A DNA stretch of 21,752 nucleotides from Candidatus Methylomirabilota bacterium (GCA_046726415.1 JBKPAK010000202.1:1-21752), one strand, 5' to 3'. Shown: positions 7,207 to 16,352, numbered from the stretch's first letter. Numbers and translations: made by a program. Notes: a model not told the origin generated them from the letters alone.

Positions 7207-8459
7207 TGCCGGGGGCTCAGAGCCAGCAGCCGGCGCCTCAGGAGATCGAGCGCCGTATGGGCCGCCTGACACTTCACCGCGCGGCGATCGCCGAGGAATT
7301 GGAAGCGCTGGGCTGCGACGGCACCCTCCACGGCGATGCCAATGAAGACCGTTCCGACCGGCTTGGTCGGCGTGCCGCCGTCCGGGCCGGCGATGCCCGT
7401 GATGGCGAGCCCGCAGTCACTGCCCGTACGGTCCGAGATGCCCCGCGCCATGGCTTCGGCGCAGTCAGCGCTGACGGCACCGTGGGCCCTGAGCATCGCC
7501 TCTGGGACGCCCAGCAGCTCCTGCTTGGCCCGGTTCGAGTACGCGACCACGCTCCGATCGAAGTAGGCCGATGCGCCCGCGATGTTGGTGAGGCGATCGC
7601 CGACGAGGCCACCCGTGCACGACTCGGCCACCGAGAGCGTCGCACCACGCTCCAGCAGCAGGCGCCCCACGACCCCTTCGAGCTGCTCGCCGTCGCGACC
7701 GTAGCAGTCATCGCCCAGGATCTCGGCGAGCGCGGCCTCCGCCGCGATCAAGGTGGCGGCGGCGGCCTCTGCGGTCGCTCCCCGCCCCTGCACGCGGATC
7801 CAGGTCTCGCCGTCGACGGTGAGCAGGGTGGCCGAGGCCTCAGCGGCCGGCGATCCCGCGAGGGGCTTGGCGAGCCGTTCACCCAGGCGCTCCTCGATGT
7901 CGGCGCCAGTGACGCCCGCCGTCCTGAGCACGCGGACACGCACCGTACCGAGCGCCGCCCACCGCGGCTGCAGGAACGGCACGAGGTCACCGATCACGGT
8001 CGACCACGCGTCGACGCCCCGCGGAAAGACCGCGAAGATCTCCTGGGCGCTCTCCAGCGCCCAGGCCGGTGTCCCGTCCCCGGTCTCCCACACGATCGCG
8101 CCCTGGGGGAGCAGGGCCTGCCGCTCCGCCGCGCGGGGCAAATGGCGGTCGACCCGGCGATACCGCGCCTCCAGCAACGCAAGGGCGCGGTCGTTGAGCA
8201 CGAGCCGCGTGCTGGTCGCGCGCGCTACCACGCGGCGGATTAGGTCGCCCTCGGAGCCATCCGCACGTGCGAGCATAACGGTGAGCGGCGCGCCCGGCCC
8301 GAGCGCCTGCTCGCAGCACGCCTCATCCGGTTCCACCAGGGCGCAGCTCGCCACGGGAAGACCCGCGCGTTCGAGGGCCAGGACGAGCATCCGGACTCCC
8401 GGATCCATCCCGGCCCCGGGCATTCCACCTACCCCCACCACCCGCGCCCCGCCCGTCAC
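7203..8459 (-). CDS. cinA: CinA-family protein: degenerate N-terminal MocF-like domain plus NMN deamidase (PncC) domain
   Basis: C-terminal SVAESCTGG, YSNRAK, HGAVS and ITGIAGPDGG. RQALLPQGA in the N-terminal half. Located in the pgpA-cinA-thpR-recA context. Confidence 0.9.
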   Translation of the reverse strand: MTGGARVVGVGGMPGAGMDPGVRMLVLALERAGLPVASCALVEPDEACCEQALGPGAPLTVMLARADGSEGDLIRRVVARATSTRLVLNDRALALLEARYRRVDRHLPRAAERQALLPQGAIVWETGDGTPAWALESAQEIFAVFPRGVDAWSTVIGDLVPFLQPRWAALGTVRVRVLRTAGVTGADIEERLGERLAKPLAGSPAAEASATLLTVDGETWIRVQGRGATAEAAAATLIAAEAALAEILGDDCYGRDGEQLEGVVGRLLLERGATLSVAESCTGGLVGDRLTNIAGASAYFDRSVVAYSNRAKQELLGVPEAMLRAHGAVSADCAEAMARGISDRTGSDCGLAITGIAGPDGGTPTKPVGTVFIGIAVEGAVAAQRFQFLGDRRAVKCQAAHTALDLLRRRLLALSPRQ

Positions 8460-8460
8460 G

Positions 8461-8952
8461 TCACGGCCACCGGAGCAGGAAGTGGGCGACGCCGAGGACC
8501 GCGAGGGCGTAGAGGCCGGCGATGAGGTCGTCGATCATGACGCCGGCTCCGCCACGAAGCCGCTGGCTGCCGCGCGCGGGCGGAGGCTTCACGATGTCGA
8601 AGAGGCGGAACAGCAGGAACCCCACGGCGAGCACGGGGATGGTCAGCGGGAAGAGCGCCACGGACAGGGTCATCCCCGCGACCTCGTCGATGACGATGGC
8701 TCCAGGGTCTTTGCCGCCGAGCACGCGCTCGGCGCGATGCACCGCCCACGTGCCCACTGCGATCACGGCCAGGAGGAAAACCAGGAGTCCGCTCCGGGTG
8801 AACGGAACCAGCCACAGAAATACCGCGGTCACCGCACTGCCCACCGTGCCGGGCGCGATCGGCGCGTAGCCGGCGCCGCCCACGGTAGCGATCAGAAGAG
8901 CGAGCTGGTCCGTGCTGCTGAGGCGCCGGACGGACGCCCCGGGCTCAGACAC
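8461..8952 (-). CDS. pgpA: Phosphatidylglycerophosphatase A
   Basis: GYAPIAPGTVGS, DPGAIVIDEVAG, FRLFDIVKP, GVMIDDLIAG. GTG 8952 overlaps the rimO stop by 8 nt. Confidence 0.93.
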   Translation of the reverse strand: MSEPGASVRRLSSTDQLALLIATVGGAGYAPIAPGTVGSAVTAVFLWLVPFTRSGLLVFLLAVIAVGTWAVHRAERVLGGKDPGAIVIDEVAGMTLSVALFPLTIPVLAVGFLLFRLFDIVKPPPARGSQRLRGGAGVMIDDLIAGLYALAVLGVAHFLLRWP

Positions 8953-10342
8953 GCTCGCCGACGAGCTCGTAGCCCTCGGCCTCGACGATGCGGACGCGGG
9001 CGAAGTGCCCGGGCAGAAAGGCCTGGGGGCGCGCCGACGATCGGCGGCGGCCGCCGTTGACGGAGCGTCGCCGCACCGGACCTCGGCGTGTGGCGTTGGG
9101 TGATCGACCTTGCAGATACACCACGCCGTCGATCTCCGGCGCCTGTCCGGCCGTGCGTCCCTCGAAGGCAAAGGCCGGATCTTCGCTCGGGCCATCCACG
9201 AGAACAGCCAGTTCGCGGCCGAGGAGCCTCGCGTTCAAATCCCAGGCGATTCGATCCTGGCTCTCCTGCACGCGGGCGGCGCGTTCGGCCGCGACCTCGG
9301 CGGGCACCTGGTCGGCGAAGGACGGAGAGGGCGTGCCCTCCTCCGGCGAGTACGTGAACGTACCCAGGCGATCGAAGCGAACGTCTTCGATGAATTCCAG
9401 GAGGTGCTCGAGCGAGGCCTCTGTCTCGCCCGGGAAGCCGAGGAGCACGGTGGTGCGGACGGTCAATCCGGGGATGGCCGCGCGGAAGGCGGCCACGATC
9501 TCGCGCATGCGGCGCGCGGTGACCGCCCGGCGCATGGCGCGCAGGATGGCGTCGTCGGCGTGCTGGATCGGAATGTCGAGGTAGGGCACCACGCGAGCCC
9601 TCGCCCACTTGTCGATGAGCCGCTCGTTCACGTGCGCGGGATGCAGGTACATGGGGCGGATCCACGGCACGCGCGTGTCGCCGAGGGCCAGCAGGAGGTC
9701 GCCGATGTCGCCGTTGCCAGGTATGTCCCGCCCGTAGGCGAGCGTGTCCTGGGAGACGAGGATGACCTCCTGGATGCCCTGGGCGCCCAGCGCCTCCGCC
9801 TCGCGCACGATGTCGGTGAGGGGACGGCTGCGATGGCGACCGCGGAACTGGGGGATCGCGCAGAAGGAGCAGCCCATGTCGCATCCCTCGGCGATCTTGA
9901 CGTACGCGTAGGGCACGTTCACGGTGAGGAGGCGGGGCGTACCCGCATTGTAGAGATATCCGGGCGGCGCCGACGCCACCCAGTCGTGACGGCCCGCCGC
10001 CTGGCGCACCAGGTCCACCACGCGGTGCAGCTCTGACGTCCCCAGGATGCCGTCGACCTCGGGAATCTCCCTCAGCACCTCGGCCCCGTACCGCTGGGTG
10101 AGACACCCCGTGATGATCAGGGATCGACAGGAGCCCGCTTCCTTGAGACGCGCCAGCTCGAGAATGGCGTGGACCGACTCCTGGCGCGAGCGCTCGACGA
10201 AGGCGCACGTGTTGACGATGACGCACTCGGCGTCTTCCGGCCGCGCGGCGGCGGGGAAGCCGGCCTTGGCCAGCATGCCCAACATCAGCTCGGAATCGAC
10301 CTGGTTCTTCGGGCAGCCGAGGGTGGTGAGGTGGACCTTCAC
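8945..10342 (-). CDS. rimO: Ribosomal protein S12 methylthiotransferase RimO
   Basis: LGCPKNQVDSE, VNTCAF, GCL, radical-SAM CDMGCSFC followed by AIP, and C-terminal TRAM region with APEIDG. GTG 10342 lies 1 nt after the yajQ stop. Confidence 0.94.
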   Translation of the reverse strand: MKVHLTTLGCPKNQVDSELMLGMLAKAGFPAAARPEDAECVIVNTCAFVERSRQESVHAILELARLKEAGSCRSLIITGCLTQRYGAEVLREIPEVDGILGTSELHRVVDLVRQAAGRHDWVASAPPGYLYNAGTPRLLTVNVPYAYVKIAEGCDMGCSFCAIPQFRGRHRSRPLTDIVREAEALGAQGIQEVILVSQDTLAYGRDIPGNGDIGDLLLALGDTRVPWIRPMYLHPAHVNERLIDKWARARVVPYLDIPIQHADDAILRAMRRAVTARRMREIVAAFRAAIPGLTVRTTVLLGFPGETEASLEHLLEFIEDVRFDRLGTFTYSPEEGTPSPSFADQVPAEVAAERAARVQESQDRIAWDLNARLLGRELAVLVDGPSEDPAFAFEGRTAGQAPEIDGVVYLQGRSPNATRRGPVRRRSVNGGRRRSSARPQAFLPGHFARVRIVEAEGYELVGERV

Positions 10343-10343
10343 G

Positions 10344-10841
10344 CTAGGCGCTGCGGTAGTTGTCGAACTGCAGCGCAATGCCGAGGTCCTTCTCGCGCAG
10401 GGCGGCGATGATCTTCTGAAGATCGTCGCGGTTCTTGCCGGACACGCGGACTTTGTCCTCCTGGATGGCGGCCTGCAGCTTGAGCTTGCTGTCCTTGACG
10501 AGCCGGACGATCTCCCGCGCCTTCTCGATGGGGATCCCCTGCTGGAGGTCGATCTTCTGTCGGAGTGTTCCGCCGGCCGCCGACTCGACCTTGCCGTAGG
10601 AGAGGGCCTTGAGCGGTACGCCGCGCCGGTGCAGCTTCGATTGAAGGATGTCGACCACCGCTTTCAGCTTCATGTCGTCGGGCGCCGTCACGGTGAGCGC
10701 GGTCTTTTCGAGGGCCACCTCGCTCCGGGTGCCCTTTAGATCGTAGCGCGTCTCGATCTCCCGGCGCGCTTGGTCGACGGCATTGGTGACTTCCTGGTGG
10801 TCGACCTTGCAGACGATATCGAAGGAGTTGTCCACGGCCAT
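10344..10841 (-). CDS. yajQ: YajQ-family nucleotide/c-di-GMP-binding protein
   Basis: [46 protein letters not shown]. Confidence 0.95.
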   Translation of the reverse strand: MAVDNSFDIVCKVDHQEVTNAVDQARREIETRYDLKGTRSEVALEKTALTVTAPDDMKLKAVVDILQSKLHRRGVPLKALSYGKVESAAGGTLRQKIDLQQGIPIEKAREIVRLVKDSKLKLQAAIQEDKVRVSGKNRDDLQKIIAALREKDLGIALQFDNYRSA

Positions 10842-10850
10842 GTCCCGATC

Positions 10851-11504
10851 TTACCGCAGAGGGACGGTGGCCACTCCCTTCGGTGGCACGAAGGTGAAGA
10901 CCTTGTCCGGGATACCGCTGTTGGTGGTGGCCTTGGCGAACTGCATCGTGACGGCGTTCTCGAACTGGTCATACACCACGGCCTTGCGCACCTCGAACTG
11001 CTTGGGCCCCACGGTGAGGATCAGGCGGTTGAGCGTCGGCAGGGGTTGCTTGGGGACCAGGTCGAGGACGTAGTTGCCGTCGCGATCGGTAGGCTGCGCC
11101 GGATTCATGAAGCGCACGTCGAAGTGCTCGCGGACCTTGCCGAGCCCGGCCAGGAAGCTGCCCGCGGGGCCAGCCAAAGCCTCCGGGGCTGGGCCCACGT
11201 TCACCTGGTTGAGGCTCGGCGTGTAGACCCAGAGCTGTTTGCCATCGGACACGATCTCCTGTGGCGTGGGCTCCGCGTACTCCCAGCGCAGCTTCCCGCC
11301 CTTCTTGAGGTAGACCGTGCCCTGCGCGGGAATGGTCTGATTGAGGCTCTTGTTGTAGGCGGACTGAGAGAAGTCGGCCTTGAAGTCGGTCATCTGGCTA
11401 TAGGCCGCCTCCAACCCCCGCACCACATCGTCGAGATTGGTCGCGGCGTGAGCGTTCACGGCTCCGAGCAGGAGCGTCAAGGTCAGCGCGATGGCGCGCA
11501 CCAT
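10851..11504 (-). CDS. lolA: Outer-membrane lipoprotein carrier LolA
   Basis: Sec signal peptide (AHA), FKADFSQ, GKLRWEY, IVSDGKQLWVY, FTFVPPKG. Start is ATG 11504 or GTG 11513. Confidence 0.9.
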   Translation of the reverse strand: MVRAIALTLTLLLGAVNAHAATNLDDVVRGLEAAYSQMTDFKADFSQSAYNKSLNQTIPAQGTVYLKKGGKLRWEYAEPTPQEIVSDGKQLWVYTPSLNQVNVGPAPEALAGPAGSFLAGLGKVREHFDVRFMNPAQPTDRDGNYVLDLVPKQPLPTLNRLILTVGPKQFEVRKAVVYDQFENAVTMQFAKATTNSGIPDKVFTFVPPKGVATVPLR

Positions 11505-11511
11505 GAACTTC

Positions 11512-11517
11512 ACTCTA
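11512..11517 (-). promoter_or_regulatory. -10 element TAGAGT, 7 nt upstream of the lolA ATG (leaderless type)
   Basis: The minus strand reads ggtgTAGAGTgaagttcATG, with no clear SD. Confidence 0.5.
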
Positions 11518-11561
11518 CACCCGCCACTATGGGGTCTATCGAGCCTGCAGGAGCACCCGCG

Positions 11562-11678
11562 GGCTGCTCAAAAAGGTCCAGATGCGAGGCGGCGCCCGAC
11601 CGCCGCACGCGAGGCGTAGTCTCTCTACGTTGAGCGTGCGGCCGAGCCAACGAAGCAGATGGGCCTTTTTCAGCAGCC
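11562..11678. mobile_element. MITE-like non-coding element with imperfect terminal inverted repeats and an internal hairpin
   Basis: Left end GGCTGCTCAAAAAGGTCCAGATGC versus right-end reverse complement GGCTGCTGAAAAAGGCCCATCTGC (20 of 24 identical). Internal stems GCCGCACGC/GCGTGCGGC and CGTAG/CTACG. Confidence 0.75.
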
Positions 11679-11680
11679 GG

Positions 11681-12541
11681 CTACCCTTTAAGGGCGCCGG
11701 CGGTGAGGCCGCGAATGAGGTGGCGCTGGAGGAAGACGAAGAGCACGGCCACCGGGATGGTGCTGATCATGACTCCGGCCGAGAGCTGGCCCCACTGGAT
11801 CTCGTACTGCCCGACCATGAACAGGAGCCCGGCCGAGAGCGTGCGCATCTCGGTCTGGGTGGTGAACGTGATGGCGAACAACAGCTCGCTCCACGATGAC
11901 ACGAACGCGAAGATGGCGGTGGCCGCGATGCCAGGCGCGGCGAGCGGAAGCACGACCCGGCAGAGCGCGCCGAAGCGCCCACACCCGTCCATCATGGCGC
12001 TCTCCTCCAGCTCGCGCGGGATCGACTCGAAGTACCCGACTAGCATCCAGACTGTGAAGGGCACGGTGAAGGACAAGTTCGAGTAGATCAGTGCCTGGTA
12101 GGTGTCGATGAGCCCGAGGGCATACCACTGCGAGAGCAAGGGGGCGATCAGCAGCACCGCCGGGAACATCTGGGTGGCCAGGAAGATCAGCAGGAACGCC
12201 TGCCGTCCCGCGAAGCGAAAGCGGGCGATGGCGTAACCGGCCAGGATCGAAATCGCCGTGGTGACCACCATGGTGACCGACGATACCCAGAGGCTGTTGG
12301 CGAAGAAGCGGCTGAAGGGCGTGAGCTTTGACGTCCAGGCGTCGACGTAGTTGGTCACGGTGAGGACGCTCGGCAGGTACTGCAGCGGAGTGGCGTACAG
12401 CTCCTGGCGGGTCTTGAACGAGGTCAGCGCCACCCACACGAAGGGGGCCAGCGCAAAGACCAACAGCAGGAGCAAGCCCATCCACAGAACGGGACCGCCC
12501 AGGATGCGTTCGGCGACGTCGCTGCGCGCCTGCCGTCTCAC
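11681..12541 (-). CDS. Carbohydrate (CUT1) ABC transporter permease, MalG/UgpE-like
   Basis: Multiple TM helices, EAA loop IPRELEESAMMDG, C-terminal QRHLIRGLTAGALKG. GTGA overlap with the upstream permease. Confidence 0.93.
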   Translation of the reverse strand: MRRQARSDVAERILGGPVLWMGLLLLLVFALAPFVWVALTSFKTRQELYATPLQYLPSVLTVTNYVDAWTSKLTPFSRFFANSLWVSSVTMVVTTAISILAGYAIARFRFAGRQAFLLIFLATQMFPAVLLIAPLLSQWYALGLIDTYQALIYSNLSFTVPFTVWMLVGYFESIPRELEESAMMDGCGRFGALCRVVLPLAAPGIAATAIFAFVSSWSELLFAITFTTQTEMRTLSAGLLFMVGQYEIQWGQLSAGVMISTIPVAVLFVFLQRHLIRGLTAGALKG

Positions 12542-13473
12542 GACGTGCTCTCCACGCCCCGCGTCACCTTCAGGTAGAAGACGGTGAAACCCAGCATGAT
12601 GAGCAGGAGCACAATGGACAGGGTCGCCGCGTACCCGAAGTCGAGATTCGCGTACGCCTGCATCAGGGTATAGGTCGACGTGATCTGGGTGGCGTTGGCT
12701 GGGCCTCCGCTGGTCATGACGAAGATGAGGTCGGCATAGTTGAAGGTCCAGATGATGCGGGTCGCGGTGGCCACCACGATGATCGGCCGGAGAAGGGGCA
12801 GGGTGATGTGCCAGAAGCGCTGGGTGACGCTGGCCCCGTCCACCCGCGCCGCTTCGTAGATGTCATCCGGAATGGCCTGGAGGCCGGCCAGCAGCATGAT
12901 GGCGAAGAAGGGCACGCCGCGCCAGACGTTGGTGGCGATCACCGCCGGCATGGCCAGCAGCGGATCCGATAGCCACGCCACCCGATCGCGCACGAGACCC
13001 GTCCGCACCAGCAGATCGTTGATGATCCCGTAGTTCGGCTGATACAGCCACTCCCACACCAGGGCCACCACGATCCCGGGGATGATCCAGGGAAGCAGAG
13101 TGACCGTGCGCACGAGGGCCCGACCGCGAAACCCTTGGTGGAGCAGGAGCGCCGCCGCGAAGCCCCCCAAGAACTGAAGCGACACCGAGCCGAATACCCA
13201 GACCAGCGAGTTCCACAGCGAGAGCCAAAAGACGTCGTCCTTCAGCAGACGCGCGTAGTTGCCCAGGCCGATGAACGCGTACTCCTGCGGCTTGATCAAC
13301 ACGTTGTTGTACAGACTCATGTAGGCGGCCTTGAGGATGGGGAAGGCCACGGTGCCGCCCAGGCAGATGATGGCGGGAATCAGGTAGGCGTAGCCGGAGA
13401 GCGCTTCCCGAGCCCGGCGCGAGAGAAGCGGCCGGGCCAGCGGTGTTGCGAGGGTCGCTTCGGGAGTCGCCAC
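12538..13473 (-). CDS. Carbohydrate (CUT1) ABC transporter permease, MalF/UgpA-like
   Basis: FIGLGNY, EAA loop IPDDIYEAARVDGAS, MTSGGPANAT. Confidence 0.93.
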   Translation of the reverse strand: MATPEATLATPLARPLLSRRAREALSGYAYLIPAIICLGGTVAFPILKAAYMSLYNNVLIKPQEYAFIGLGNYARLLKDDVFWLSLWNSLVWVFGSVSLQFLGGFAAALLLHQGFRGRALVRTVTLLPWIIPGIVVALVWEWLYQPNYGIINDLLVRTGLVRDRVAWLSDPLLAMPAVIATNVWRGVPFFAIMLLAGLQAIPDDIYEAARVDGASVTQRFWHITLPLLRPIIVVATATRIIWTFNYADLIFVMTSGGPANATQITSTYTLMQAYANLDFGYAATLSIVLLLIMLGFTVFYLKVTRGVESTS

Positions 13474-13498
13474 GCGCTCGTCCGCTGGTCCGCGCCGC

Positions 13499-14803
13499 TT
13501 ACGACATGTTCTTGGTGAGCACCTCGGCGAACTTGTCGAGGCAATCCTTGGCGCTCATCTTCCCCACCATGGCCGCCTGGAAGAGGGGCACGCCCTCGGA
13601 GTCGAGCTTGCCGCCCCACCCGGCATAGGCCAGGTACGGACTCACGATCGAGAAGGGAACGGACTTGATGAACCCGGCCAGGGAGGGGTCCTTGGCGAAC
13701 TCCGGCCGATCCGCGACGCTCTTGCGCGCGGGCAACAGTCCCAACGTCTTGCAGTACAGCACATGGGGCTCGTCCTCCATCAACCAGCTCATGAACCGCC
13801 ACGCCCCCTCGCGATTCTTGGCCGCCTTGAAGGCGGTGAGCGTCTCCGAGAAGTAAAAGGACGCGCGCTTCTTGGCCGGGCCGATCGGCAGCGGCACGGT
13901 CGCGAAGTTCTGGGCGCCCACGAAGCTCTTCTGCTCCTCACTGGAGCCCGAGTTGTGGACATAGGTATTGGTGATCCCTCGCCCGAAGCCTTCGACGATC
14001 TGCCGCCATCCATCGGTGGCGACACTGGGCGGCGTGACCTTGTACTTGCGGATCAGATCGAGATACCAGTCCAGTCCCTCCACCGCCTCCTTCGAGTTGA
14101 TGACGACCTTGCCGTCTTTCAGCACCTGGGCGCCGCTGGCGTACATGAACTCCGTCGCGTAGAGGACGGCCCACGTTCCCTGCCCGCGCATGCCGAAGCC
14201 GTACTGATTCTTCTCCGGCTTGGTGAAGGCTCGGGCGGTGGCGAGGAACTCGTCCCAGGTCCAGTCGTCCTTGGGCGGGCTGATCCCGTATTCCCTGGCG
14301 CGGTCGGTCCGCCAGTAGACGCCATCGTTGGTGACCACCCACGGAAAGGAGAGGATCTTGCCCTTGACGGTCACCGTCTGCCAGGCGATGGGCAGGACGT
14401 CACTGTAGTATTTCCAGTCCTTCATGCGCGGGGTGAGATCGTCCACCGCCTGCATGCCCTCGAACTCGCCCACCCAGTTGTCCCAGACCTGACAGCAGTC
14501 CGGAGGATTGCCGGCGGCGATGCTGGTGATCAACTTCTGCCGGGCTTGCGCCTGCGGGACGAACTCCACCTTGACCTCGAAGTCCTTCTGGGTCTGATTG
14601 AAGCGCTGGACCAAGGACTCCACGAGGGCGGTGCGCTTGGGCTCGGGGACGCTGAACTGGAAGCGCACCGGCGCTGAACCCCAGGCCCGACGCGGCGAGA
14701 TCAGCGGCTCCTCCCACCACGCAAGGTCGGCGGCCGCGATCGCTCCCGTGGCCGCCATGGTCCTGAGCAACTGCCGTCGCGACAGACGCCACTCGTCATT
14801 CAT
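13499..14803 (-). CDS. CUT1 (family 1) ABC solute-binding protein with Tat signal peptide
   Basis: SRRQLL twin-arginine motif, AAGNPPD, WTWDEF, YGF. SD GAGGAG precedes the ATG. Confidence 0.9.
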   Translation of the reverse strand: MNDEWRLSRRQLLRTMAATGAIAAADLAWWEEPLISPRRAWGSAPVRFQFSVPEPKRTALVESLVQRFNQTQKDFEVKVEFVPQAQARQKLITSIAAGNPPDCCQVWDNWVGEFEGMQAVDDLTPRMKDWKYYSDVLPIAWQTVTVKGKILSFPWVVTNDGVYWRTDRAREYGISPPKDDWTWDEFLATARAFTKPEKNQYGFGMRGQGTWAVLYATEFMYASGAQVLKDGKVVINSKEAVEGLDWYLDLIRKYKVTPPSVATDGWRQIVEGFGRGITNTYVHNSGSSEEQKSFVGAQNFATVPLPIGPAKKRASFYFSETLTAFKAAKNREGAWRFMSWLMEDEPHVLYCKTLGLLPARKSVADRPEFAKDPSLAGFIKSVPFSIVSPYLAYAGWGGKLDSEGVPLFQAAMVGKMSAKDCLDKFAEVLTKNMS

Positions 14804-14825
14804 GTGGTTCTCCTCGCCTCCCGCA

Positions 14826-16352
14826 TCATTTCACCAAGGTCATCTCCGAGACCATCAACCGATAGTCTGGGCGCACTTTGAAGCTCACCCGCTTGCTCGT
14901 CCCGTAGACCACGACCTCCTGGAACAGCTCCAACGACGGCTTCTCCTCGTGGATGATCTGGGTGGCCTCGGTGTAGAGCTGCTTGCGCTTCCTCGCATCG
15001 AGCGAGTAGCGCGCCTGTTCCATGAGGTCGTGGAAGCGCTGGCCCGGCTGGCTGCCCACCCAGTACAGCCCGTTGAATCCGTTCGGATGGAGGATGCGCC
15101 AGAGGCTGCCATCGGCGTCGAGCAACGTCGACTGCGGGTTGCCCAGCAGGAGGCCGTTGGCCGGCACGGCGCGGGCGTTGAGCATCCGCTGGCGCGCCCC
15201 CATCTCCATCATTTCCACCTTCGCCCGGATGCCGACCTTGGCCCACATGTCGGCGATGGTCTCCACGAGCGCCTTGTCGTTGACCATGGTCCCGTAGCCC
15301 GCGTGCAGTGTCACGTCGATGCCTTTGGCGCGGCCCGCCTCCGCCAGGAGCTGCTTGGCCTTGGTGGGATCGTACGGATACGGCTTGAGCGCGGCATTGT
15401 AGCCGAAGTCGGTGTCGGCGAGGCCGCCACTGAAGGGCTTCCCCTGCCCCGCGTAGAGATTTCTGATGATGGCGTCGACGTCGAGGGCATAGTGCAGCGC
15501 CTGGCGCACCCGCCGATCGGAGAGCGGTGGCTGGGTGGCGTTGATCCCGAAGCTGACCAGGCGCGTCGACGGCGAGCTGACGATCTGCGTGTTGCGCCCG
15601 TCCGCGACCGCCTTCATCCGATCCGGCGGGACATTAGTGATGATGTCGACTTCGCCCTTCTCGAGCGCGACCAGGCGCGGGAAGTCGTCGGGAATGGGCT
15701 TCCAGACCACGCGCTCGATGCCTGGCGACTTGCCTTCCCAGCCCCACCAGTCTCGGTTGGCCTCCATGACGAGCCGCTCGTCCTTCACCCATTCGACGAA
15801 CCGGTAGGCCCCGGTGCCGACCGGGCGGCGCGCCAGCTCCTTCACCCCTTCATCGGTAATGAGGCGCGCGGGAAGGATCTGGGCACCCATCTGGGCCAGG
15901 CGAAGGAGGAGGAGTGGGTCTGGCTTCTTGGTGGCGATCGAGACGGTGGTGGGGTTGACGATCTGCACCGATTCGATGGTGGCGAAGCCGGGCTGCACGA
16001 CGGTCTTGCCCGCCACCAGGTTGCGCTCGAGCGTCGCCTTCACGTCTTCCGCCGTGAGCGGAGCGCCATCGTGGAACTTGACGCCGGGACGAAGGGTAAA
16101 CTCCCACGTCGTCTCGGTGAGCTGCTTCCAGGAGGTGGCGAGCCCGGGCTGAAGCTTGAGTGCCGCGTCCCAGCGCGTGAGCGCGTCGTAGAGATTGTAG
16201 AAGTAGTTGACCGTCAGGACCTGCGTGCTGCGCCCGGGGTCCATGGTGGTGGCCTCGGCAGGCTGAGCGATGGTGAGCTGCGTTCCCGGCTGGGCCAGGG
16301 CGACGGGCGGCAGTAGAGCCAGCAAGAGCGCGGCAGCGATGCCTGAGCGCAT
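14826..16352 (-). CDS. Family 5 (peptide/nickel/opine-type) ABC solute-binding protein
   Basis: Signal peptide, PGLATSW, FTLRPGVKFHDG, PVGTGAY, RVRQAL, YPYDPTKAKQLLAEAG. SD GAGGAGG upstream. Confidence 0.92.
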   Translation of the reverse strand: MRSGIAAALLLALLPPVALAQPGTQLTIAQPAEATTMDPGRSTQVLTVNYFYNLYDALTRWDAALKLQPGLATSWKQLTETTWEFTLRPGVKFHDGAPLTAEDVKATLERNLVAGKTVVQPGFATIESVQIVNPTTVSIATKKPDPLLLLRLAQMGAQILPARLITDEGVKELARRPVGTGAYRFVEWVKDERLVMEANRDWWGWEGKSPGIERVVWKPIPDDFPRLVALEKGEVDIITNVPPDRMKAVADGRNTQIVSSPSTRLVSFGINATQPPLSDRRVRQALHYALDVDAIIRNLYAGQGKPFSGGLADTDFGYNAALKPYPYDPTKAKQLLAEAGRAKGIDVTLHAGYGTMVNDKALVETIADMWAKVGIRAKVEMMEMGARQRMLNARAVPANGLLLGNPQSTLLDADGSLWRILHPNGFNGLYWVGSQPGQRFHDLMEQARYSLDARKRKQLYTEATQIIHEEKPSLELFQEVVVYGTSKRVSFKVRPDYRLMVSEMTLVK

